Virus record (IMG/VR): IMGVR_UViG_3300027545_000003
Span: 1-42,290 of that record
DNA from: a virus
Taxonomy: Duplodnaviria; Caudoviricetes
Strand: one strand, 5' to 3'
Length of the DNA stretch: 42,290 bases
The position numbers were made by a program, and so were the translations under genes. The notes beneath the pieces were generated by a model. That model was given only the letters and a program-made list of their open reading frames with translations. It made no database searches and was not told the origin of the DNA. Positions 8,949 to 18,335 of the stretch are shown here, piece by piece (the stretch's first letter is position 1; each line of letters starts with the position of its first letter).

Positions 8949-9908
8949 ATGGGCGCTTTGAAAATCATCGCGATCATGCCGGTGAGAAACGAAGCGTGGG
9001 TACTCGGCCTCAGCCTGCGTGCCGCGCTCGAATGGTGCGATGACGTGATGGTCGGCCTCCACGACTGCACGGATGAGTCAAAGACCATCGTCCGGGAGAT
9101 CCAGGCTGAGCGCGGTAAGGTTGCGTACTGCGAGTTCGTGGGCGGAACGTGGACGGAGATGGCTCACCGGCAGACCCTACTGAACGGGGCGCGGGCGATG
9201 GGTGCGACACATATCGTGATCCTGGACGCGGACGAGGTTTTGACGGGAAATCTGTTGGCGCTTATTGAGCCTGCCGTGTTCGACAGGTGGGGTAAACGGC
9301 AATCTGTAATCGGCTACCACGTAACCTGTCTCGCCACTGGAACGGTGCTTCAACTCCCCTGGCTCGCGCTCCCGCGGACCATAGACCGCTATCTGACTGC
9401 GGGAGCCTGGGGGCTTGGCCAGCAAGTCTCGATGTCCTTTGTGGATCAACCGTCGGCACACTGGGCGCTCCACGACGGGCGCGACTTCCACCACCGCAAC
9501 CCGATGGGTATCGGTCGATCTTTTCGCGCTCCGCTAAAACCAGAACAGGGAGGGCTGATGCACCTTCAGTTTCTCGGCGAGCGGAGGCTACGGGCGAAGC
9601 AGGCGCTCTACAAGGCTGTCGAGATGATCCGCTGGCCAGCGCCGTGCATGCTGGAGGGAAAGTACTGCGCGAACAAGGAAATGCTGGCCGAGCGGCTCAA
9701 CTGGATGTACGGACGTGCCGTCTATGAAAGCGACCCGGCCAAGTACGCGAGTGCTCCGTGTCCGGAGAGCTGGTGGCAGCCGTATGAGCGCCTGATGAAA
9801 TACTTGGACGTGGACGCCGAGCCGTGGCAGGAGGGCGAATTAAAGCGCTTGATTGCCGAGCACGGGGGCGAGAAGTTAGCTGGGTTAGACTTCTTTGGCG
9901 TCGCCTAA
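8949..9908 (+). CDS. Glycosyltransferase family 2
   Basis: IIAIMPVRNEA, DCTDES, HIVILDADE DxD motif; start at 8949 or 8958. Confidence 0.88.
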   Translation: MGALKIIAIMPVRNEAWVLGLSLRAALEWCDDVMVGLHDCTDESKTIVREIQAERGKVAYCEFVGGTWTEMAHRQTLLNGARAMGATHIVILDADEVLTGNLLALIEPAVFDRWGKRQSVIGYHVTCLATGTVLQLPWLALPRTIDRYLTAGAWGLGQQVSMSFVDQPSAHWALHDGRDFHHRNPMGIGRSFRAPLKPEQGGLMHLQFLGERRLRAKQALYKAVEMIRWPAPCMLEGKYCANKEMLAERLNWMYGRAVYESDPAKYASAPCPESWWQPYERLMKYLDVDAEPWQEGELKRLIAEHGGEKLAGLDFFGVA

Positions 9909-10006
9909 CAGCGCACACCGCCCAGTATGGCCGCTACTGATCCTGTTTCTATGGCTCGCGTGGCGCGGACGCGACGGCGTTCGACGGCATGCGGTAAACT
10001 TCCTTC

Positions 10007-12049
10007 ATGTTCAAGCGCTTCCTCCGCGCGCTCCTCATTCGCTGGACGCGAGCACTAACCCCGCCGCCACCCCCTAAGGATTACAGCGCCGAAAATCGCG
10101 TGCTCCGCGAGCTCCTCGCGAACCTCACCCCTGACGAGTCCACTAACTTCATGCGCTTTCGCGACATGGCCAGCGAAATGATTGAGGCGCGGCTCATGTG
10201 CGGCTCGGGCCCATCCTTCGGATCGCCAACACAGGCGATGGTCCACGAGGCAAATCAAACGCTAGTACGCATCCAGGAAGCCGCGCTCAAGGGACTGCGC
10301 GAGTCCATCCCAGTTTCCGGCATTGGCGCATTTGGGGATATCGAGCTGGCGTTGCAAAACGTGGAGTGGCGGCGCGAGATCAACCTAAGCTGGCTTGAGT
10401 TCTCGCGATGGGGTATCCAGCAGATTATCCTCATTTCGCGGCTCTACTACATCAAGCAGCCGCTCATGCGCCGGGCGATCGACATCGTTGCAGCGTACGT
10501 CTTTGGCCGCGGAGTGGAGATTTCGAGCACGGATGAGGACGCAAACGATACGCTGAACGAGTTCTTTGAGCGCAACCGAAGGGCATTTGGTCCCACGGCG
10601 ATGGTCGCAAGCCAACGTGCGAAGTCGATGGACGGAAATCTGTTCTGGGTCTTCTTCGTTGACGCGGAGAACACCGGCCAAGTGGACGCCCGCCGCATCG
10701 ACGCCACCGAGATTCAGGAAATCATCACCGACCCGGACGACTCAGACAAGCCGTGGTTCTACAAACGCATGTGGACGGCGAAGGTGTTCGATCCCGTCAC
10801 GGGCGCGCAGTCCACGAAATCAAACGCCTGTTGGTATCCGGCGATAGGATTCGAGCGCCCGGTGGGCATGGGGGAGGCCATCGGTAACGATCAGATCATG
10901 TGGAACGCTCCTGTTTATCACCGTAAGTCTGGAGGTGTTGCCAAGTGGAATTTCGGTTGCCCGGAAGGCTACCCGGCACTCGAGTGGATCAAGACGGCGG
11001 CACGCTACATGCAGAGCTGCGCGACGCTGGCGGCATCACACGCGCAGATTGCCTGGGACATTACCACCAAGGGCGGCCAAGGCGCGATCGAGGGAATCAA
11101 GCGACAACTCCAGACCCAGGTGAATTCGCCGCCTGGTTCGCAAATCTGGGATAGCAACCCGACGCCCGTAAACGCCTCGCAGATCGTGCATGGCCCTGGA
11201 ACCGAAGCGAAGATGGTAAACTCCCGCAATCAGGGACTCGATCCGAAAGAAGGGCTCACCTACAACGTTTACGTCGGTAACGTGTTCGGGATTCCGCCTA
11301 CGTGGCTCGGCGACATGGAAACCTCGAACCTATCGACGGCGACCACGCTTGATCGCCCGACCGAACTCGGGATGCGCTGCCGGCAAAGCGAGTGGGAAGA
11401 CGACCTGGAGATTATCTCGAAGTTCGTGTTGAACGTTTCCGCCGGCGCCGCGAATGGAAAGTTTCGCGAGGCTCTCAACCGGCGCGGCCTCGGGAAAGTG
11501 GTCTGCATTGAATGTCCGCGAAAGACGCTCAAGGATGGCCGTCGCGTCTACGATGAGGCAGCCAAGCCGAAGGATGATGAGATCCACATCCGCGTGACCT
11601 TCCCAGCGATCCGCGAAGGCGACATGCCCGCAATCATCGGCGCGATCGCGACGGCCATGACGCTCGACAACAAGGGCGGACAGATTGTCGGTATCGACGA
11701 ACGCGAAGGCGTGCGGCTGCTGTACGAGACGCTAGGCGTTGAGGACCCGGAAGAGATTCTTGAGGAGATGTACCCGGAGAATGCTACCGGCGTCAAGGGA
11801 ACTCCAGGCTACGAACCGGCGTACGATCCTTCGCGCACCAAGGTTCCGCTTCCACCGCCGATCGGCAAGGCGCTCCCGAACCCAGGTGGGCAACCGCAGT
11901 TACCAGGAGGCTCGCCAGCTCCAGCGACAACGGCCACACCGCCGCCGCCAGGCACTCCAGTGCCGACAGCCGCGCAACCCGCGCAGGAATCGTTCGTCGA
12001 GAAGCTCGCGGCGCTCGTTGAGGCCGTGCGCAAGAGGAAGGCAGCGTGA
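10007..12049 (+). CDS. Portal protein
   Basis: 680 aa between TerL and head genes; DGNLFW, FGIPPTWLGD..TSNLSTATTLDRP portal-like motifs; Pro-rich C-terminal tail. Confidence 0.85.
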   Translation: MFKRFLRALLIRWTRALTPPPPPKDYSAENRVLRELLANLTPDESTNFMRFRDMASEMIEARLMCGSGPSFGSPTQAMVHEANQTLVRIQEAALKGLRESIPVSGIGAFGDIELALQNVEWRREINLSWLEFSRWGIQQIILISRLYYIKQPLMRRAIDIVAAYVFGRGVEISSTDEDANDTLNEFFERNRRAFGPTAMVASQRAKSMDGNLFWVFFVDAENTGQVDARRIDATEIQEIITDPDDSDKPWFYKRMWTAKVFDPVTGAQSTKSNACWYPAIGFERPVGMGEAIGNDQIMWNAPVYHRKSGGVAKWNFGCPEGYPALEWIKTAARYMQSCATLAASHAQIAWDITTKGGQGAIEGIKRQLQTQVNSPPGSQIWDSNPTPVNASQIVHGPGTEAKMVNSRNQGLDPKEGLTYNVYVGNVFGIPPTWLGDMETSNLSTATTLDRPTELGMRCRQSEWEDDLEIISKFVLNVSAGAANGKFREALNRRGLGKVVCIECPRKTLKDGRRVYDEAAKPKDDEIHIRVTFPAIREGDMPAIIGAIATAMTLDNKGGQIVGIDEREGVRLLYETLGVEDPEEILEEMYPENATGVKGTPGYEPAYDPSRTKVPLPPPIGKALPNPGGQPQLPGGSPAPATTATPPPPGTPVPTAAQPAQESFVEKLAALVEAVRKRKAA

Positions 12050-12306
12050 ACATCGCAGAGATCACTGCGGCCCACCGCGCGGCCAAGCTCAAGGCGCAAG
12101 CCGAAGCGCCGCGGGCGATGCTGCACACGCTGATCGATCCGGAGCCGTGCTGTAAGCGCGCCTGGGCGAAGGATGCAAAGCGCGTGGCGATCACGGAAGC
12201 CACGGCGGAATGGGCTTGCGCTGAGTGCGGACAGGTTTACAAGCCCGAGACCGTGGGGAATATTAGGAAGTGGGCGGCGCACATTTTCTTTGAGGTGATG
12301 CGGTGA
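12046..12306 (+). CDS. Small zinc-ribbon protein
   Basis: PCC...WACAECG; GTGA coupled to portal. Confidence 0.6.
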   Translation: MNIAEITAAHRAAKLKAQAEAPRAMLHTLIDPEPCCKRAWAKDAKRVAITEATAEWACAECGQVYKPETVGNIRKWAAHIFFEVMR

Positions 12307-12460
12307 CATCCTGGGAAGCACCGCTCAACGGCGTCATGTCCAAGACGGTCAAGTACGACCGTCGATGCAAGGTGGAGATTGTCAAGCTTCAAACGGACTA
12401 TCGACGTTGCGGCTTTCGCAGGCAGAAATCCAGAGGGACAGACGGTAAAGGATGGCATCG

Positions 12461-13075
12461 ATGAACCTGTATCTGATGCGCCATACGCAGCCCGTAACCG
12501 GCCATCCCGCCAACGCCGAGAGACCGCTAACACCAGAGGGCGAGCAGTGCGCCAAGGACATGGCCGCGTGGCTCGCGGGACACATCGGGCGCGTCGATAT
12601 CGTGATCCATTCTCCGTTTGTCCGCGCAGTTCAAACGGCCATACCGACGAGCGAGGCACTTGGCGCGCACATGGCCGACACGCGCATGCTTCAACCTGAT
12701 GGCAAGCCAGCGGAAATGTGGGCAGAGATCACGCGGCTGGCGCAGGCGTCGAAAGATGTGCTGGTGGTTGGCCACGATCCCAGTTTGAATGCGTTGATCT
12801 GCTGGATGCAAGGAAACGAGCTTGATGACACCGACGGTACGAACTGCGTGCGGCTGGAATGGGGATCGGTGGCTCTGCTGGCGGTGAAGGGGACGGGAAC
12901 CGGAGTGCTTCAGTGGCTGGTGACGCCCGCGATCGTGCTCGCGGACAAGGACGTTGTGGAGGCAGCGCGCGAACTGGTGGATAGCGTCGAAGCCGCGAGA
13001 CCCTCAATCCAAACAATTATGGCTGCGGACAAAGAGATTATCGAGGCGGCTCGGGAGTTGGCGGCATCTCTTTGA
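12461..13075 (+). CDS. sixA: SixA-like phosphohistidine phosphatase (histidine phosphatase superfamily)
   Basis: LYLMRH, RPLTPEG, SPFVRAVQTA, VLVVGHDP, LQWLVTP; extra C-terminal EAARE repeats. Confidence 0.85.
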   Translation: MNLYLMRHTQPVTGHPANAERPLTPEGEQCAKDMAAWLAGHIGRVDIVIHSPFVRAVQTAIPTSEALGAHMADTRMLQPDGKPAEMWAEITRLAQASKDVLVVGHDPSLNALICWMQGNELDDTDGTNCVRLEWGSVALLAVKGTGTGVLQWLVTPAIVLADKDVVEAARELVDSVEAARPSIQTIMAADKEIIEAARELAASL

Positions 13076-13231
13076 AGCGGGACCCAGCGTTGACGGCCCC
13101 TAGTCCGGCCATCATGGTATGGATTGAAGTCACGACGACGTAGCAGAACTCCCCGCGCTTAGGGCACACCCACACAATCACGTGGCAAAGCTCGACGACG
13201 AGGGAGCACCTGATCTCGTACACGATACGTT

Positions 13232-13456
13232 TCAGCATACGTGGATTTCCCTTCCCCGCAGCAGCGCGAGCACGGCCGCCTTCGCCGGGATATCAGCCAC
13301 AGGCACGCCAGCGGTGAAGGCCACCGTCTGCCAATCCCGCTCCGGCATCATCGCCACGCACTTCGCGAGCTGGTGGCGGGTGAGCGTCGATTGCGCCTGG
13401 CAGCCCAACAGGAAAGCGGCGATCACGCGGGCTTTCTTGATTTGATATCCGGTCAT
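13232..13456 (-). CDS. Hypothetical protein
   Basis: MTGYQIKKARV...; TTGCGC-17-CAAAAT promoter just upstream. Confidence 0.6.
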   Translation of the reverse strand: MTGYQIKKARVIAAFLLGCQAQSTLTRHQLAKCVAMMPERDWQTVAFTAGVPVADIPAKAAVLALLRGREIHVC

Positions 13457-13520
13457 GATTAATTTTGCGTCGCAGGCTTGAATCGCGCAATAGTACTTGT
13501 TTCGTAGTACCGTAGTTCCA

Positions 13521-13841
13521 GTGACACCCCAGCGCCAAGCGCTACTCGAAAGGATGAAGAAAATCATGGCCTCCATTGCCAGCAACCTATCCACAACCCA
13601 AGCAAACCTCGCCGCCGCGCAAGCCAGTCTGGCCAATATCGTGGCTGGCGTTGCCGCGCTCGACACCCTTATCCAGAGCTTTGAGAGCGGCTCGACGTCG
13701 GAGTTGAACCCGACAGACCAGGCAGCGCTCAACAGCATCGTCGCGCAATCCGCCGCGCTCGCAGCTCAGGCCGCTTCCATCAACACCGCCGCTCCAGCGC
13801 CTCCGGCTTCGCCGTCCGGTGTCAAACCCAGCGGAAGCTAG
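13521..13841 (+). CDS. Ala-rich coiled-coil hypothetical protein
   Basis: -10 box TACCGT 7 nt before GTG; alternative ATG at 13566. Confidence 0.65.
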   Translation: MTPQRQALLERMKKIMASIASNLSTTQANLAAAQASLANIVAGVAALDTLIQSFESGSTSELNPTDQAALNSIVAQSAALAAQAASINTAAPAPPASPSGVKPSGS

Positions 13842-13843
13842 CC

Positions 13844-14017
13844 ATGCCGCTCAACGTCTGGTATTGGATTCTCATGGCCCTTTGGCTTGTCCTCGGTTTG
13901 TACAGCAACTACACTCCGGGCCAGCCTTATCCGTGGGTGCGCGGCGGCGGAACGCTTCTCCTGTTCCTGCTGTTCATGGTGCTGGGTATCAAAGTCTTTG
14001 GCTCACCGATCCAGTAA
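13844..14017 (+). CDS. Small two-TM membrane protein (57 aa, not in ORF track)
   Basis: MPLNVWYWILMALWLVLGLY...TLLLFLLFMVLGIKVFG; TAATG overlap with next gene. Confidence 0.7.
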   Translation: MPLNVWYWILMALWLVLGLYSNYTPGQPYPWVRGGGTLLLFLLFMVLGIKVFGSPIQ

Positions 14018-14424
14018 TGGGCCTGCGCGCGACAGCATCCTTCAAGCCCGGTGACATCGCCGGGCTTGTCTCGCGCGTGGCCGCTGGCGCTCAGCAAGGC
14101 GCACTCACCGCCGCACAAGCCGGGCAGGCAATCTCTCTAGCTATTGTCCCGCGTGACACCGGAGCGCTGGCGGATTCGATTGACCTGAAGTCAGGCGTCG
14201 ACGGTGCGAGCGCGTGGGCATCGTGGGGCCCGGATATTTTCTACATGTTCTACGTGGAATTCGGGACTGGGCGGCGCGGCGCGGCATCGGCGGAAGCTGG
14301 ACCTGGCCCGTACGATGAGAATTGGGCCGGGATGACACCGAGGCCGTACATGCGCCCCGCGCTCGACGAGATCGCGCCCCAGGTTGTCGATATCGTCGCG
14401 GACGCAATCAAGGACGCGCTATAA
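14017..14424 (+). CDS. HK97 gp10-family tail completion protein
   Basis: VPRDTGALADSI, YVEFGTG, MTPRPYMRPA. Confidence 0.85.
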   Translation: MGLRATASFKPGDIAGLVSRVAAGAQQGALTAAQAGQAISLAIVPRDTGALADSIDLKSGVDGASAWASWGPDIFYMFYVEFGTGRRGAASAEAGPGPYDENWAGMTPRPYMRPALDEIAPQVVDIVADAIKDAL

Positions 14425-14431
14425 TCCCCAC

Positions 14432-14710
14432 ATGCAAATCTCCACCCTTGCGGATATCGCTGGCGCGGGCGCTACCGTTCCACTGACCACGGGCGCGGCC
14501 CAGGCGCGAGCGCTCTATCTAACCGCGATCGGAGGGACGGCGAGATTCGGCGATTCGAGCGTGACGGCAGCGCAGGGCGTCGAGCTTCCCGATGGCGTCA
14601 TGTGCGCCTTTGGCGTCAATAACGACGACAGAGTCGACACGATCCAACTCAACCAGGCCCACGTCTACGTACCAAGCGGCACCACGGTTACGGTAAGCTA
14701 CGGATTATGA
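14432..14710 (+). CDS. Small beta-rich putative virion protein
   Basis: Thr/Ala/Gly-rich; TATAAT 6 nt upstream of ATG. Confidence 0.6.
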   Translation: MQISTLADIAGAGATVPLTTGAAQARALYLTAIGGTARFGDSSVTAAQGVELPDGVMCAFGVNNDDRVDTIQLNQAHVYVPSGTTVTVSYGL

Positions 14711-14907
14711 GCGCGCCACTTTGTTCCGCCACGGCTACCTCTGCCGTGATCGCTGCAATCCAGAAAGCTCTCGTTGGACTTGAGCCGCTTTCTGATTCGC
14801 AAGCGGCGGATTACATCAACACGCATCCGTACCTGACGGCTGGGGTCGCGTACGTGCCAAAGCCACTCACTGCGGCGATGATTGCGGAAATCCGCGCAAT
14901 CAGCTAG
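14707..14907 (+). CDS. Hypothetical protein
   Basis: ATGA-coupled ORF. Confidence 0.55.
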   Translation: MSAPLCSATATSAVIAAIQKALVGLEPLSDSQAADYINTHPYLTAGVAYVPKPLTAAMIAEIRAIS

Positions 14908-14951
14908 CCCTCAGGCTGGCTGGAGGGATTTCTACCTGGCGTTGGCGGTAC

Positions 14952-15755
14952 CTACGGCTTAAATACGCTGGCGATGTACCGAGCGAGCGGATAGGGGATC
15001 TTGGCTATCTGGGCGGATGCGGCCTTGCGTCCAGCGCTACGACTGCTGTGCTTCCGCGTGAGTGATTCGGGATCGTGCCACCAGTTGCAACCCTGCTTGC
15101 GCCCCGTTTCCTCCACCGCGACCGATTGAAAGCTGCGTCCCGGCTTGCCGGTCTTCTCGAACTCGTGGAAGTTCATCGGGACCTTGCGCCCATTGTTGGC
15201 TTCGGCTCCCCTCCGCGCCCGAAGCACTTCCCCGAACCGTGCCGAAGGCCCCACAATCGCGTTGCCGACGCTGTTGACATCGCCCCACAGGTAGAAGCTG
15301 CCGAAGTGCGCCCGCGCCTCACCGACCCACGGCTGCGCTCCTTTGACGTTCTCTACCACCAGCGGGACACCAGCCTCCTTCGCGATGCGGAAGCAGGCAT
15401 CGAACAGCCGGTTCAGGTCTTCGATGGTCCGCGATCCGGTGTAAGATTCGGGAAATTCGCCTTCGCCGCGCAATGCCCGCGCGATCTGCTTTCCGCGGCT
15501 CCATGGCATCGCCATATAAGAATACTCCGTGCATGGCGGGCTGGCCACAATCACAGCCGCATTCCGGAGCTGCCGACCGTCCAGAGTGAGCACGTTTTGA
15601 AGCACGAGCTGCGCCGGGTACTTCTGGATGCTGTCACCGGAGCCGTAAACGTGGCGATGATTATCGAAGCCGACCACGTCATAGCCTTCGGCGAGGAATC
15701 CTTCGGCCCAGCCGCCAAGCCCGCAGAAGAGGTCGATGGCTAGAGGTTTACCCAC
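14952..15755 (-). CDS. C5 DNA cytosine methyltransferase (compact, orphan)
   Basis: Motif I DLFCGLGG, motif IV ASPPC, motif VI VENV. Confidence 0.88.
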   Translation of the reverse strand: MGKPLAIDLFCGLGGWAEGFLAEGYDVVGFDNHRHVYGSGDSIQKYPAQLVLQNVLTLDGRQLRNAAVIVASPPCTEYSYMAMPWSRGKQIARALRGEGEFPESYTGSRTIEDLNRLFDACFRIAKEAGVPLVVENVKGAQPWVGEARAHFGSFYLWGDVNSVGNAIVGPSARFGEVLRARRGAEANNGRKVPMNFHEFEKTGKPGRSFQSVAVEETGRKQGCNWWHDPESLTRKHSSRSAGRKAASAQIAKIPYPLARYIASVFKP

Positions 15756-15819
15756 CTTGCAATTACAGTATTGCGGGACCTGTAACGCAATAGACCGTTG
15801 GTTCTAAGGCTTTAGCCGT

Positions 15820-16128
15820 CTAATCTAAGCGCCCGACCCGCGGGAACTCCGGCAGTTCGGCATCGTTCAGGAACTTGACCACTTCGTGAACGAGTAGCCG
15901 ACCGTTCGGGTGCGCGTTGAGCATCGCCGTCAACAGAACGGCTTTCATCGCTTCCGCGCCGCGCCTCCAGCCGATAGCTTCGGTCTCCTCTGCCCGCAAA
16001 ACCTGCCACTCGCGCTGGTAGCGAGACTTGCAAGCCTTGCACCATTTTGGCCTCCCGGTTGTATCGAGTGGATTTGAGCACCCTCGGTTTGCGCACTTCT
16101 CGGCTACTTCGCTAAAGCTAACTGGCAT
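15820..16128 (-). CDS. Zinc-finger hypothetical protein
   Basis: CANRGC...WCKAC; TG-TAAACT -10 box 7 nt upstream. Confidence 0.6.
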   Translation of the reverse strand: MPVSFSEVAEKCANRGCSNPLDTTGRPKWCKACKSRYQREWQVLRAEETEAIGWRRGAEAMKAVLLTAMLNAHPNGRLLVHEVVKFLNDAELPEFPRVGRLD

Positions 16129-16169
16129 TTTCTAGAGTTTACAGGATTCGTGCCTTATCCTTCGTACCA

Positions 16170-17750
16170 ATGGTATTGCGCAGCGGGTTCCTGCACGTCG
16201 CCGTAAAACTTCAGGAAGCATCAGACATGATGCACTCCGACGTGCGCAACCGTTTACGCGATGCAATTCAGGCAGCGCACGCGGGCACCGGAAGCTGGGC
16301 GCACTATGTTGACCACAACGGCGATGGCGAGTCCGGAGACTGTATTTACTCGGTTGACGACAAGACCAAGTCGGCCCCGTACGAGATCCAGACGCAGGGC
16401 GATAAGACGGTAGCCAATATCGACACGGCCAACGCGGAGACTGTTACGCCGCGCGTCACCTACGATTCGATGGCTGACGACGACGATAACTACGCTTCGA
16501 TGATGGAGGCTGCACTCTACACTAAGGGCGAAATGCCGCTGTGCGAGCGGTTCATCTCGAAGGACGAGCGGGACAAAGCCGACGGCGATTCGTTCGCTGG
16601 CAAAGGCAAGAGCTTCCCAATCCTGAAGCCCGGCGATGTGATGGCTGCCGTGCGATCGATGGGCCGTGCAGGATCGGGCAACTACGGCGTGGCGCAACTC
16701 AAGGCGAACATCATTCGCATCGCCAAGGCGAAGGGCTGGGAGAGTGAACTCCCGAAGACCTGGCGCGGTGGGACAGACGCGAAGGAATCGCTGAAGATTC
16801 GCGAGTCTTACGACTGGACACCGGAACTGGCGTTGCTCGAGTCCTCCGGAAGCGAGATGGAAGTAAAGCTCATCGCCCCCGGCCAGGGCTCCAGTGCGTT
16901 CTATCCCGCAGAGGTGCTCAAGCGCGATGGTCCTGGCGTGTTCAAAAAGAACACCCAGATTTACATCAACCACGCCACGGCAGCAGAGGAAGCCGCGCGG
17001 CCCGAGGGTGATTGGCACAAACTTGTGGGCGCCCTCTCGACGGACGCCGTCTATCACGAATCGCACCCCAAGGGCCCCGGCCTGTACGCGAAGGCGAACT
17101 TCGCTCCCGACATGGCCCCGATCATCAAGGCGAAGGCGCCGTACTCGGGCATGTCGATCCGCGCGAGCGGCGTAGCGGAGTCGGGCAAATCCAAGGGCGG
17201 CGTGCCCGTGCTCAAGTCCCTCACCAGCGCAGAATCGGTTGACATAGTCACCAAGGCGGGCGCGGGCGGCATGATCTTAACGGAATCGGCGCGAGCCGCA
17301 AATCTACAGGAGGTCGATATGACCGAAGCCGAAGTTACCCGGCTCATTGAAAGCCGAACCGCGCCACTCCGCGAGCGAGCCATCAGGGGCGACGCAATCG
17401 TGTTGGCGAACCAGACCCTTGCGCCCCTCACCGGGCTCACCGAGAATCTCAAGCAGTTCGCGATTGACAATGTGCTCCAGCGCGACGCGTTGCCGATCAA
17501 GGAAAACGAACTCGACGCCGAGAAGTTCAAGGCGCTAATTGAAGCCGAGGCCAAGCGCGTTGCGGGGGCGTTCGGATTTCGCGGCGTCCAGGGCATGGGT
17601 GCGGGCGAGCCGGTCGTGATCGACCCGAGGGTTCGCGAAGCGCAAGTACAGGCAGAGAAAGACGAGGAGGCGAACTCAATTCACATCTTCGAGTCGCTCG
17701 GGATGCCGAAGGACGCGGCGACTTTTGCCGCGAAAGGACGGGCCGCGTAA
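16170..17750 (+). CDS. Prohead protease/scaffold fusion with DUF6582-like domain
   Basis: LIAPGQGS..YPAEVL, YINH, GMSIRA, SVDIVTKAGAGG protease motifs; helical C-terminal scaffold; upstream of capsid. Confidence 0.85.
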   Translation: MVLRSGFLHVAVKLQEASDMMHSDVRNRLRDAIQAAHAGTGSWAHYVDHNGDGESGDCIYSVDDKTKSAPYEIQTQGDKTVANIDTANAETVTPRVTYDSMADDDDNYASMMEAALYTKGEMPLCERFISKDERDKADGDSFAGKGKSFPILKPGDVMAAVRSMGRAGSGNYGVAQLKANIIRIAKAKGWESELPKTWRGGTDAKESLKIRESYDWTPELALLESSGSEMEVKLIAPGQGSSAFYPAEVLKRDGPGVFKKNTQIYINHATAAEEAARPEGDWHKLVGALSTDAVYHESHPKGPGLYAKANFAPDMAPIIKAKAPYSGMSIRASGVAESGKSKGGVPVLKSLTSAESVDIVTKAGAGGMILTESARAANLQEVDMTEAEVTRLIESRTAPLRERAIRGDAIVLANQTLAPLTGLTENLKQFAIDNVLQRDALPIKENELDAEKFKALIEAEAKRVAGAFGFRGVQGMGAGEPVVIDPRVREAQVQAEKDEEANSIHIFESLGMPKDAATFAAKGRAA

Positions 17751-17903
17751 ATGGAGCAAGAACAGCAGTTCGTTGCCGTGGTGGCGGCCATCATCATGAG
17801 CGGCAACCACACCCCCGATGCGGCGCGCATCAAGGCTTCCGTGATCGCCGCGCGCGCCATTATCGCAGAGGTCGCAGCGACGGAACCGAAGGAGAAGGCG
17901 TAA
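17751..17903 (+). CDS. Small hypothetical protein
   Basis: 50-aa ORF exactly filling the gap between protease and cement genes. Confidence 0.55.
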   Translation: MEQEQQFVAVVAAIIMSGNHTPDAARIKASVIAARAIIAEVAATEPKEKA

Positions 17904-18326
17904 ATGATAAACCAAATCAATACCGGCAGTCCCACCAGTCGGCGCAACGTCGTCCTTCCGCCAAGCACCACGGTGGTGATCCCGCCAGGCACGCCGCTAC
18001 TGATCGGGCTGCTTCCGTGCGTCACTCTCGACGGAAATCAATTCGCCGTGGGCGCTCCCTCTGTCGTCTGCCTCTTTGGCGGAAGCTTCGACCTGACTGT
18101 GATCGGCCAAACCGCCGAGTCTCCGGTCACCACCCACAAGATCAACCCGGGCGACAAGTTGTATGCCACGGGGACGCTGGACGCAACTACGAACGTCACC
18201 TACAACCTGACGATCGACGCGAACAGCGGCAATACGTTTTTCGGCTGGCTCGATCCGCAGTCTCCCTCGATTGCGGCGGGAACCACGGACACCAGCGCCT
18301 CAGTGCTGCTCGACAAGGGCATGTAA
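17904..18326 (+). CDS. Capsid cement/decoration protein (DUF2190-like)
   Basis: Beta-rich; GSFDLTV, INPGDKLY; directly before MCP. Confidence 0.7.
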   Translation: MINQINTGSPTSRRNVVLPPSTTVVIPPGTPLLIGLLPCVTLDGNQFAVGAPSVVCLFGGSFDLTVIGQTAESPVTTHKINPGDKLYATGTLDATTNVTYNLTIDANSGNTFFGWLDPQSPSIAAGTTDTSASVLLDKGM

Positions 18327-18335
18327 GGGAGACCC

